This document shows positions 10,901-19,059 of a stretch of 64,000 nucleotides of DNA, one piece after another. The position numbers were made by a program, and so were the translations under genes. This stretch comes from Verrucomicrobiales bacterium (lineage in GTDB: Bacteria; Verrucomicrobiota; Verrucomicrobiia; Verrucomicrobiales; V1-33), in NCBI GenBank assembly GCA_031411295.1, contig JANOAV010000140.1, forward strand, positions 1 to 64,000. The letters are read 5' to 3'. Each line of letters opens with the position of its first letter. Position 1 is the stretch's first letter. The notes under the pieces were generated by a model that was not told where the DNA came from, did not search any database, and saw only the letters and a list, made by a program, of their open reading frames with translations.

Positions 10901-11596
10901 TGGACCTTCTTCTCCCTGCCATTTGTCAGTGGTCCACAGACCAGACTGGGCATCAACACGCTCTATGGCGGCTGGGGTCAAGCCACCGGGACCGCTTGGT
11001 GGGATGATCTGAAGCTCATCAAGATTGGCAATGCCAGTCAAGGTGACGCCCAGGTTCAACAAGTGGCCAACGCCTTTATCTTGAGAGATCCCGCCGCTGC
11101 CACCACCGCCTTAACGCCACTGCTCGCAGGAGCCAAGGGGAACGTTGCCAAGGTCATTGCGGATGCGCTGGCCGCTGGCGGGGCCGTCGCCAAAAAGGAA
11201 GATCTCAACGACCTCAAGAAGACCCATACCATCGTGAAAGTAGCCATCGTGGCCGGGCAAATGAAGTATGACAAAGCGGAATACACTGCTGCCGCTGGCA
11301 AACCCATCGCCATCGCACTCTACAACCCCGACGTGTTGCAACACAACATCGTGGTCGGCAAACCCGGTTCGCTGGACAAGATCGGCAATGCCGCCACCGC
11401 TATGATGACCCAAGCGGAGGGTCTCGCCAAAAGCTTCATCCCCGCCATCCCCGAAGTCCTTGGCGGCACGGCCTTTGCCAATCCAAATGAGTTGCTGATC
11501 CTCAAATTGCCCAAGCTGGAAAAAGGTGAATATCCCCTCGTCTGCACCTTCCCTGGTCACTGGATGATCATGAAGGCCGTGCTGAAAGTGGAGTAG
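7967..11596 (+). CDS. PVC-type multidomain dehydrogenase: ThuA-like + beta-propeller + HEAT-like + CBM4_9-like + C-terminal azurin/auracyanin-like cupredoxin
   Basis: GKGRVFYTAYGH; DTNGDGKADK repeats; NLLPNPSFEE; type-1 Cu ligands HN...CTFPGHWMIM. Confidence 0.85.
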   Translation: MKRHFFSTTICWAASCLLVLAGIASTATAGEARRLNVLLLGHKPGTHAGHITEDRYAQLFAALGPRGIDLEFTDDVNYALNAQTLKHYDALALYANTEKITPEQEQALFDYVESGHGFVPIHCASYCFLNSIKATALIGGRFKRHQTGDFNTVITQPEHEIMKGFVPFKTWDETYVHEMHNPDKIVLQTRVELKANPTDIDEPWTWIRNQGKGRVFYTAYGHDARTWGQPGFHDLMFRGIVWAVGDQAAADFKKLKIAPLEYVDGAEVPNYEKRNPAPKLQKPLSPADAQNHIFKPANMNLSLFASEADAEGGLWNVIEFKFDELGRMWTCESRDYPNEIKLQGEGRDRIRILEDTNGDGKADKFTVFAEGISIPTSLVFHDGGIIVHTIPNTTFFKDTNGDGKADEKKVLFTGWGAGDTHACCSSMSWGADGWIYGSVGYDGFDGTVSGERVKFSMGAYRFKPDGSKLESLGQTSNNTWGFAFTENGDIFGSTANNQSSWYCPIPKRYYNSVPGLEQGILPGADANKKVNFMREYIRQVDVMGGFTAAACHNFYTARTFPQSYWNRTAFIAEPTCHVLYQGELSFEGTNAVVSNGWNLLASDDEWFAPVYADVGPDGGVYVSDFYSFIIQHNPTPSASRGGFDAKTGKGNAFVSDLRDTEHARLWKVFPKDGKPSQQFKLSKDKPEELLKALASDNQLWRGHAQRLLVERGNKDVAPKLKEMVADTKVDAIGINGGAYAALCTLAGLGEADAATLTKALSHPATGVQRAALSLLPRDAAGLAALLSSGALASKESLVRLTALLALSEMPASKEVGAKLYEVSNQDKGKDRWLPTALTVAAARHAEGYLAAAIKADSSVAKQETAEPVNLLPNPSFEEMNGANPKGWEPRTYSGKADFALDTAVAHSGKNSLRISSTEGGDVGWYVEVPLDANSSYVLSGWIKTEKLETIRGGKGAMLELQQLNGKQPATTAIKGTSDWTFFSLPFVSGPQTRLGINTLYGGWGQATGTAWWDDLKLIKIGNASQGDAQVQQVANAFILRDPAAATTALTPLLAGAKGNVAKVIADALAAGGAVAKKEDLNDLKKTHTIVKVAIVAGQMKYDKAEYTAAAGKPIAIALYNPDVLQHNIVVGKPGSLDKIGNAATAMMTQAEGLAKSFIPAIPEVLGGTAFANPNELLILKLPKLEKGEYPLVCTFPGHWMIMKAVLKVE

Positions 11597-11597
11597 G
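11428..11597 (+). repeat. Copy 1 of 170-bp direct repeat (3' end of the dehydrogenase gene)
   Basis: 165/170 identical to 13874-14043 by manual alignment. Confidence 0.95.
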
Positions 11598-11614
11598 TCA
11601 AAGAATCTGGAGTG

Positions 11615-11640
11615 TGGAGCAGTCCGCTGGACTGCTCCCA
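11615..11640. repeat. REP-like palindrome, family B (may also act as terminator)
   Basis: GGAGCAGTCC-GCT-GGACTGCTCC; core AGTCCGCTGGACTGC recurs at 35536-35550. Confidence 0.7.
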
Positions 11641-11651
11641 TAGCTCACGAA

Positions 11652-12851
11652 TTACTGAGATTCCTTAATTTGAGATTCTATCTGCGTGGACAATCTACGC
11701 TTGAAGTCCTCCGTCGATGCGGCCTCCACCCAAGCTTTCGCGCTCTCCACATCATGGTTGGAGACCAAGTAAGTCACTACCCGTTGGATGGCCCAGTCTT
11801 TAGATGAACCTCGAGGTAGTTGTTTGACCCATGCCGAGGCCTGCATGGCATCTCTATAGATCCATTGGCTAGTCAAGGCGGGAGCAGCTTGATCCTGATA
11901 TTCTTTAGGCAAATCAGCGTATGCCTGCTCGGCCCATTTTGTCCCAGTGGACAGCGATGTCTCGAACATGATCCTAACTGCTGGTGATACGACATTCGGA
12001 TCAAGGTCGGCCAAGGTCCTGTTTTTCAACGCATGGAGCACCTCGTCTCGACCGTGCGACACCTTAGCTGCCAGAACATGGGAGAGAAATGTTTTCATTT
12101 CAGAAATCGATAAGCCATCCAGCTTCAAGGATGCCAATTTTTCGATGTCCAAAACTTTGGAAGCCTGCATGCCCAGATTCTCGATCAATGATTTACGCTG
12201 AAACGGGGCTGCATACTTAGTGAGCGCAGTGCGCACATCCTCGAAACTAGTGATCTGGAGCCTGCTGGATGCAATATTGGAAAGCTGCATGAGTTCATTT
12301 TCAAAAAAGGACTTGGGATTGCCTTCCAAAAGTTTCAGCCCTCGGTCACCACTAAGGTTCGCGATTAAGTTCGTCACAAACACTTCCCTTTCGTTGCCTG
12401 CGTCGAAGAGTTCAATCCCTTGCAACACCTCCGATTCCGCGTGAGTGGCCAGCAATTTGCCCATGGTTGAGAACAGGTCGCGACGCAGAAATTGGCTGCA
12501 ATCCAATTTTTTGGCCAAAGCGATTAGTTCCAGATTGACCTCCTGATTCGCTCTGAGCCAAGTAAATAATTCCCGACCAACCTCGTCTGGCGGTGATTTC
12601 CCCAACTTTTGCCGTGCCGTATCCCTAACTGAATCATCCGTAGATAGTAAATCCTTGAAACTTTGCGTGTGGTTTCCAATCGGCCCGCTTGGAGGCGTCT
12701 GCCTCGCATGCTCCAACTTAGCGCCTCCAGACTCCCTGCGAAGGCCGCCGTTACCGGAACTCGCCTTGCCCAATGAATAGCAAAAAACGCAGAGGATTGA
12801 GCCGAAGCCTGCCACCACAATGAATCGAAATAAATTGGCCCTTGTTACCAT
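11652..12851 (-). CDS. Hypothetical protein, N-terminal TM anchor and helical-repeat C-terminus
   Basis: 399-aa ORF, lower GC than flanks; W...D...A..W...LP.G pattern. Confidence 0.7.
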   Translation of the reverse strand: MVTRANLFRFIVVAGFGSILCVFCYSLGKASSGNGGLRRESGGAKLEHARQTPPSGPIGNHTQSFKDLLSTDDSVRDTARQKLGKSPPDEVGRELFTWLRANQEVNLELIALAKKLDCSQFLRRDLFSTMGKLLATHAESEVLQGIELFDAGNEREVFVTNLIANLSGDRGLKLLEGNPKSFFENELMQLSNIASSRLQITSFEDVRTALTKYAAPFQRKSLIENLGMQASKVLDIEKLASLKLDGLSISEMKTFLSHVLAAKVSHGRDEVLHALKNRTLADLDPNVVSPAVRIMFETSLSTGTKWAEQAYADLPKEYQDQAAPALTSQWIYRDAMQASAWVKQLPRGSSKDWAIQRVVTYLVSNHDVESAKAWVEAASTEDFKRRLSTQIESQIKESQ

Positions 12852-13024
12852 GATCTGTTACGGTGGAGGGGCGAAGTAGGGCTTGTCAATTCAAAGCGTT
12901 ATCTAAATGGTAAAAGTTGAGATCTCCGTTTTCTGCCGCGAATCCGAGCCAACGGAGGAATCACAAATTCCCCCACCGGATTGGCGTTTAAACCACAGCT
13001 GCCGGATGCTGAAGGAAGTCATGT

Positions 13025-13534
13025 CTAATCCAACTTTCGAGGGTCCTTGTGATGCAGAAATTCTGGATCCGAGCCCCACCGGTAATCCACATAGCGCCAA
13101 ACGTTATTGCCCGGAAGCAACTGATCCGTCTTAGCGCAGAAAAGCGATGCTGGCGGTAGCGAGTTATTTGCAATCAACTCACCACTTCTAGAATAAGAAC
13201 AGTTCCGGCGGAGGCCACTCCAATATACAAATGTCACCATGGCAGGATGCTCCGATGGAGTCCTCAGGTAGTTAGTTTTTCCAGCTGATTCTCCTGTTTG
13301 CGTAATGATGATGCCGGCAAGTTGCGGGTCTGACAGCTTGTAGGGAATCTTTCTTGTAAAATCGATGCCTTCGTATTTTGGAAATCGCTCCCAGGAACTC
13401 CAGCCGTTCACTGTAGAGCAGGAACTGGTAAAGGCGCTGCTGATCAGAGCAAGTTTCGCGAGGAAGGACGAACGGTTCTGATGGAATTTTGTTAGGATCA
13501 TACACAAGCCTGCCACACTGTGTCTTTTTGGCAA
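13025..13534 (-). CDS. Hypothetical protein, possible lipoprotein (start uncertain; ATG at M12 plausible)
   Basis: 169-aa ORF with hydrophobic stretch ending ...FTSSC. Confidence 0.4.
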   Translation of the reverse strand: MPKRHSVAGLCMILTKFHQNRSSFLAKLALISSAFTSSCSTVNGWSSWERFPKYEGIDFTRKIPYKLSDPQLAGIIITQTGESAGKTNYLRTPSEHPAMVTFVYWSGLRRNCSYSRSGELIANNSLPPASLFCAKTDQLLPGNNVWRYVDYRWGSDPEFLHHKDPRKLD

Positions 13535-13547
13535 ACCGTTTCACTTC

Positions 13548-13850
13548 CTACTCCGCTGCAAATTCACAAAATTTCCCCACCGTCTTGGCATTCAGCGCGT
13601 TGATCACGGCTACCATTAGTTGGATCGTGTGCTCGTAGTCTTTGAAATTCACGATGGCATTATGTGTGTGAAGGTAGCTGGCGGGCACGCCGATGACCAC
13701 GCGGGGCACGCCTTCGCCAGCCAGATCGATGCTCTTGGCATCTGTGTCACCGGATCGACGCACCGTAATCTGATGCGGGATCTTTTCTGCTTGGCCACGC
13801 TGGTAATGAAATTTGCCAGCGGACGGTTATTAATGCTGCTATTACCATGG
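13548..13850 (-). pseudogene. C-terminal fragment of an M42-family metallopeptidase, 5'-truncated and frameshifted
   Basis: SINNRPLANFITSVAKQ / KIPHQITVRRSGDTDA...IGVPASYLHTH...DYE; frame break in the A-run near 13785. Confidence 0.75.
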
Positions 13851-13873
13851 TAAAGCAAGCCCGACGGCCTTGG

Positions 13874-14043
13874 CAAAAGCTTCATCCCCGCCATCCCCGA
13901 AGTCCTTGGCGGCACGGCCTTTGCCAATCCGAACGAGTTGCTAATCCTCAAATTGCCCAAGCTGGAAAAAGGTGAATACCCCCTCGTCTGCACCTTCCCT
14001 GGTCACTGGATGATCATGAAGGCCGTGCTGAAGGTGGAGTAGG
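13874..14043 (+). repeat. Copy 2 of 170-bp direct repeat: orphan cupredoxin-coding 3' end with stop codon
   Basis: Five differences from copy 1, all synonymous; weaker homology continues about 8 codons upstream. Confidence 0.95.
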
Positions 14044-14063
14044 CTCCACTTCAGCCAGTAAGG

Positions 14064-14169
14064 TTGGTGTATAGGCTTTAGCCGACGGGCATCGGGTCCG
14101 CCCAGCGGATTTTTGGAGAAAGCTTCGCTTACCTTCTCTTGTTCCTTTCGCCTAAAGGCTATACACCAA
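14064..14169. repeat. REPIN-like inverted doublet, family C
   Basis: TTGGTGTATAGGCTTTAGCCGA versus reverse complement of 14148-14169, TTGGTGTATAGCCTTTAGGCGA (20/22). Confidence 0.8.
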
Positions 14170-14248
14170 GGTGCTATGCTGCCATCCCCGCAATGTTCTT
14201 GCGTGGGCCGATTAGTCGGGTTAGACTGGCGCTAACTATTCACTGCAA

Positions 14249-15082
14249 ATGAAACCACCAATTCAACCTCGACGCTACCCTTGGGCTTTGTTACTCGCAC
14301 TGGCCGGTGCATCATTGCTCCAGGCGCGAACGTTTACCAGCAGCGATGGGCGGACGCTGGAAGGGGAGGTGGTGGCGGTTGGCAAGGACAGCTTTGTGCT
14401 GGAGGACCAGAAGCAGAAGCGGATTACGGTGCCCTTGGCCAAAGTCATTCAGGCGGACAAGGATTTCGTGGCGGATTGGAAAAAAGCCAACCCTGTCATT
14501 AAGCTCGAGATTACGGCCGTGAAGGAATCCGGTGGGAAAATTGAGGAGAAAAGAGCCTCCCGCAAGAGTGAGAACTATCACTGGAAAATTACGGTTAAGA
14601 ATCAGACTGCCGATCCCGTGACCGATCTAAAGCTCTTCTACCTGCAGGTTATCGAACTGCGGGACTTTTACGCCACAGGTGGCAAGAAATTGGTCCCTTT
14701 AGCCAAATCCGCAGACTCCTTGACCATTCCTGTGATTAACGCGTTCGGTAGCGTGACGCTGAGCACCAAGGATCTCAAAGTCTCCGCGGTGGATTATGCC
14801 TCGACTACCACCGTCGAGAAATGGAGCGAAAGCCTTGCGGCCCTCAACACCGAGATCTACCGGGGCAAGCGCCCTGTGGCGACCTTCAGCCAGGGCAGTT
14901 ATGCTGGCATGGGCACGGAAAAGCCCAAAAACTGGGCCGATGAGCCGGAAAAAGACCCAGCCGAGCCAGCGCCAGCCCCAGCCGAGCCGGAGAAGACTCC
15001 TGACGAACCGAAGCCTGAGGATCCAGCGGTCAAGCCATCCGATCCAGCGAAGCCGATGTCTGATCCCACGCCGCCGAAGTGA
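14249..15082 (+). CDS. Secreted SHD1-like domain protein with Pro/Glu/Lys-rich tail
   Basis: Signal peptide, then ARTFTSSDGRTLEG...VPLAKV...DKDFV. Confidence 0.8.
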   Translation: MKPPIQPRRYPWALLLALAGASLLQARTFTSSDGRTLEGEVVAVGKDSFVLEDQKQKRITVPLAKVIQADKDFVADWKKANPVIKLEITAVKESGGKIEEKRASRKSENYHWKITVKNQTADPVTDLKLFYLQVIELRDFYATGGKKLVPLAKSADSLTIPVINAFGSVTLSTKDLKVSAVDYASTTTVEKWSESLAALNTEIYRGKRPVATFSQGSYAGMGTEKPKNWADEPEKDPAEPAPAPAEPEKTPDEPKPEDPAVKPSDPAKPMSDPTPPK

Positions 15083-15208
15083 GCGCGGTTTAGTTTCTCA
15101 GTCCTTATTGGGGGAGAGGTTTGGCAAACTCTAAAATCAGCGATTTTTCCTTCTGGAATGTCATGGGGTTTGGGTGCAAAATGCCATCTCCTCACCCTCC
15201 CTCTTTCC

Positions 15209-18200
15209 ATGCCATTTTCATTTGCACGTTGGTTTGCCTGCTGCTTCGGAAGCGCCTTGTTCGTTATGCTTGGCACCAGCCGGGCGGCTTCCGGATTGGA
15301 TGCGGCGGTTCCGGTCGGGAAGTATTTCAACAACGTCTTTCCGCCCACGGCTCCGGGCAGTGCTGGTGGCTGGACGGTGGTGGATGCTTTCCCCAATCTC
15401 AGTTTCATCGATCCGGTGAAAATGGTGGCGGCACCGCGGAGTGATAAATTATTTGTCCTGGGGAAGGACGGCTACATTTGGTCCTTTGTAAATCAATCGA
15501 CCGCCGCCGCGAAGACACTGGTGATGGACATTCGCACGCGGGTGCAGGCGACGGATAATGCAGGGCTGACGGGTTTGGCGTTTCATCCGGAGTTCGGATT
15601 AAGCGGTTCTGCGAACAGTCGTTATTTTTATGTGATGTATTACTACACGCCCACGCCGCTGTATTTGCCAGCCACAGACGATGATGGCGACGGGGCGGGA
15701 CAGGGAGACGAAACGATCAACCATACCTGCATCCGGTTGAGTCGCTTCACGATGAATCTCGATGGGGTTACGGCCGATCCTGCCAGCGAGTATGTTTACC
15801 TCCAGGAGTTCGACCGGCAGGCTTGGCATAACGGTTGTTCGCTCTGCTTTGCGCCAGATGGGTTCCTTTATTTTGCGATTGGTGACGAGGGCCTGGACTC
15901 GGATTATTACAAGTCGATGCAGAAATTCAACGAGCGCTTGTTCGGCGGGGTCTTTCGGATCGATATTGACTATGCTCCAGGCTCCACGCGGAGCCATGCG
16001 ATCCGTCGGCAGCCGGTCTTCACCTTTGTGGCTCCAGTGACGCCATGCTCGGGAAATCTGCCTCAACCAGACACGAGTAAACTCCAGCCGCATGCAGTCT
16101 TGGGCACAAACCATACCTACTCTCAGGGGTATGGGATTCCGAATACCAACCCGTGGCAGGATCCGGCGGGGCTCATGTTAGAGGAGTATTACGCCATCGG
16201 CGTGCGGAGTCCTCATACCATGACCTGTGATCCTGTGAGTGGAGAAATATGGTTGGGCGATGTGGGGCAATCCAGTTGGGAGGAGGTCAACAAAATTGTG
16301 GCGGGCGGAGACTATCAATGGCCCTACCGGGAAGGAAATGTGGCCTTTGTTGATACTGACTGGTGCCGCGGTGCGCTCACGAAGACTCATTCGTTGGCAT
16401 CCACCCAAGTGCCCCCGCAACATGCCTACGCTCACGTGGCGACCGGTGGCACGGCAGTCATCGGAGGCTACGTTTACCGGGGACGGGAGCATGCGGCAGC
16501 GCTTTATGGGAAATATTTGTTCACGGATCACGGTAATCCCACGGTTGCTCACATCTGGGCGCTGGCTCCGGGATCGTCCACGCCGACCTTACTAACGGAT
16601 ATGACGGCGGGTGGTTTCCATTGGAATGTGGCAGCTTGGGGGCGGGATGCCGAGGGGGAATTGTATCTGATTCGGCTGGGGCGGGCGAGTGGAGCGGACG
16701 TCAACAACGCGTTCATTCCGCCGATAAATGCTAGTGGGCAATGGATCGCGAAGGTGGAGAACGGCAAAATTTTCAAATTGGCACGGACGACGACGAACGT
16801 TCCGGAACCGCCTGCGTTGCTTTCTAACGTGGGGGCGCTGGCTCCGTTTACGGCAACTGGCGGACTGACTCCAAACGCCGCATTTATCCCCTACACCCCG
16901 GCGGCTCCGTTTTGGTCAGACGCGGCGGTGAAATCCCGCTGGGTGGCCATTCCCAATGATGGCTCGCCCGATGCGGTGACGGGGTTTGTGGGGTATTCGA
17001 CCACGGCTGAATGGACGTTTCCTGAAGGGACGGTGTTCATGAAGCACTTTGATATCGGCACCAGCGACGTGAATCCACTGCTAACACGTCGCCTGGAAAC
17101 GCGTTTCTTTGTGAAGGGGCCGACGGAGTGGTATGGACTGACGTATCGTTGGCGGTCTGATCAGACGAATGCGGATTTACTTTACACTGCGGACTCGGCT
17201 CCCCTGACGATTGCCACGGCCGGAGGAAGCAGGAGCCAAACGTGGTCGTTCCCCAGTCGGAGTGATTGCCTGACTTGCCATACGGCCCTGGCGGGCGGGG
17301 CGTTAGGCTTCAAGGTGCATCAACTGAATCACCCGCAGTTCTACCCGATCACTGGGCGGACGGAGAATCAGTTGGAAACGTTTTCCACCTTGGGCTTCTT
17401 TTCCCCTGCTCCGACTCTGGCGAATATCGCGGCGGCTCCGCGCGCGCCCTCGCCCACGGACGTTAGTGCTCCCCTGGAACTGCGGGCCAAGGCTTATCTG
17501 GACTCTAATTGTGCCACGTGCCATCGCCCGGGGGGGGCGAATGCGAACTGGGATGGACGCTACGGCACGGCCATGACCGGGGCATCGATTCTCTATGGCT
17601 CTCTGAAGAAAACCTATGGGGTGGCGAATGAGGCGGTGGTGCGGCCATTTGCTCCCAGTTCGTCCATCCTGTATCTCCGCTCTCACTTGCTGGGCGGCAC
17701 GGGGAACCTAACGCAGATGCCGCCAATCGGGAAGGGATTGCTGGATGTAGCTGGGGAGCAATTGTTGTTCGATTGGATAAGCGTGGCAGGATTGGATGGA
17801 AAGTATTTTTCCAACACCACCCTAACCGGGAGCGCGGCGTTGGCGCGCAGCGATGCGCAGTTGAATTTCAGTTGGACAAGCACGCCGGGCACGCCGGTGA
17901 CGGCGGATAATTTTTCGGCTCGTTGGACGGGGCGGATTTTTGGTAATCAGACCGGGAACCACACGATCTATGTCAATTCGGATGGGGGAGTTCGACTTTA
18001 TGTGCGCGGGCAATTGGCGATTGATCGTTGGACCAACAGTGCGGCCGCTGTGGAATCCAACGCGGCGGTTTCCTTGGCGGCGGGCAGATACACGGATTTC
18101 GTTTTGGAGAAATACAGCAACACCGGCACGGCCACGACGGAGTTGCGGTGGGCGGGAACGGGGATCACAAAATCACTGATTCCTTCAGCCAATCTTACCG

Positions 18201-18895
18201 CCATGCCCGCAGGCGAAACCCGTCCGGTGGCGGTGGCGGATTCATTCACGGTGCAACGCGGCCTGGCCACGATCATCACGCCGGTGGCAAATGACACTGA
18301 CGCGCAGGGTGCGCTGAATCCGTCCGCCATGGCGGTGCTGACGCCACCGTCCGCAGGCACCCTGGCGTTGGATGGGAGTGGCGCTTTAATCTATACCAAC
18401 AACGGTTCCGCTGCGCCCACGGATTCGGCCAGTTATGTCGTGGCCGATGCGGCAGGGAATACCTCATTGCCTGCCACCATAACGTTGAATGTGATTGCCC
18501 GGCACGTCGCGTGGAGGAATGCAACGTTTACACAGACCGAACTGGCCAATCCAGCCTTCAGCGGCTGGGATGCAGACCCAGATCATGACGGACTCAACAA
18601 CTTGCTGGAGTGGGCTTTGAATGGCGATCCGAAGAATAATACCTCCCAGCCCCGTCCGACTTACACGACGGTGAACACACCCGGTGGACTGGCGCTGCGC
18701 TGCAGCTTCACCAAGCGCTCGACGAATGATACCTTGCTAGGAGCGGAAACTTCGATTGATATGATCACGTGGAATCCCAGCAATCCCAGCGTTCAACTGA
18801 TCGAAGATAGTGCGCAGAATTTTATTGTGCAGATTCCCAAGCCTGCGTCCGGGCCGCTATTCCTGCGGATTCGGGTTTCGCTGCCAGCACCCTAA
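15209..18895 (+). CDS. Secreted glucose/sorbosone-dehydrogenase-like propeller + diheme cytochrome c + PA14 + Ig-like domain protein
   Basis: GLAFHPEF, HNG..L.F.PDG.LY...GD, GDVGQ..WEE; CLTCH and CATCH; NFSARWTG (PA14); DPDHDGLNNLLEWAL tail; start may be 15158. Confidence 0.85.
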   Translation: MPFSFARWFACCFGSALFVMLGTSRAASGLDAAVPVGKYFNNVFPPTAPGSAGGWTVVDAFPNLSFIDPVKMVAAPRSDKLFVLGKDGYIWSFVNQSTAAAKTLVMDIRTRVQATDNAGLTGLAFHPEFGLSGSANSRYFYVMYYYTPTPLYLPATDDDGDGAGQGDETINHTCIRLSRFTMNLDGVTADPASEYVYLQEFDRQAWHNGCSLCFAPDGFLYFAIGDEGLDSDYYKSMQKFNERLFGGVFRIDIDYAPGSTRSHAIRRQPVFTFVAPVTPCSGNLPQPDTSKLQPHAVLGTNHTYSQGYGIPNTNPWQDPAGLMLEEYYAIGVRSPHTMTCDPVSGEIWLGDVGQSSWEEVNKIVAGGDYQWPYREGNVAFVDTDWCRGALTKTHSLASTQVPPQHAYAHVATGGTAVIGGYVYRGREHAAALYGKYLFTDHGNPTVAHIWALAPGSSTPTLLTDMTAGGFHWNVAAWGRDAEGELYLIRLGRASGADVNNAFIPPINASGQWIAKVENGKIFKLARTTTNVPEPPALLSNVGALAPFTATGGLTPNAAFIPYTPAAPFWSDAAVKSRWVAIPNDGSPDAVTGFVGYSTTAEWTFPEGTVFMKHFDIGTSDVNPLLTRRLETRFFVKGPTEWYGLTYRWRSDQTNADLLYTADSAPLTIATAGGSRSQTWSFPSRSDCLTCHTALAGGALGFKVHQLNHPQFYPITGRTENQLETFSTLGFFSPAPTLANIAAAPRAPSPTDVSAPLELRAKAYLDSNCATCHRPGGANANWDGRYGTAMTGASILYGSLKKTYGVANEAVVRPFAPSSSILYLRSHLLGGTGNLTQMPPIGKGLLDVAGEQLLFDWISVAGLDGKYFSNTTLTGSAALARSDAQLNFSWTSTPGTPVTADNFSARWTGRIFGNQTGNHTIYVNSDGGVRLYVRGQLAIDRWTNSAAAVESNAAVSLAAGRYTDFVLEKYSNTGTATTELRWAGTGITKSLIPSANLTAMPAGETRPVAVADSFTVQRGLATIITPVANDTDAQGALNPSAMAVLTPPSAGTLALDGSGALIYTNNGSAAPTDSASYVVADAAGNTSLPATITLNVIARHVAWRNATFTQTELANPAFSGWDADPDHDGLNNLLEWALNGDPKNNTSQPRPTYTTVNTPGGLALRCSFTKRSTNDTLLGAETSIDMITWNPSNPSVQLIEDSAQNFIVQIPKPASGPLFLRIRVSLPAP

Positions 18896-18939
18896 ATAGG
18901 AGGGCTCGTAGCATTGTATGCCTACTGTTAGGAATATGT

Positions 18940-19031
18940 GCTGGAGTCCCGCTTTTAAGCGGAGCCTCATGCCAAGCGAACCATGCCAAGCGACTCTCCC
19001 TGTTCCTCCGCCTAAAGCGCGGGACTCCAAC
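18940..19031. repeat. REPIN-like inverted doublet, family A
   Basis: GCTGGAGTCCCGCTTTTAAGCGG ... CCGCCTAAAGCGCGGGACTCCAAC between convergent genes; CATGCCAAGCGA occurs twice inside. Confidence 0.8.
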
Positions 19032-19059
19032 TCGTGTTGCCATTATTTCCCTGCTGCGG

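Noticed and set aside
11428..14043. Diversity-generating retroelement (VR/TR pair)
   Set aside because: The differences are synonymous transitions, not adenine-specific, and there is no reverse transcriptase in the window.
14935..15080. Tandem repeat or CRISPR-like array
   Set aside because: Imperfect repeats simply encode the Pro/Glu/Lys-rich protein tail; no repeat-spacer periodicity and no cas genes.
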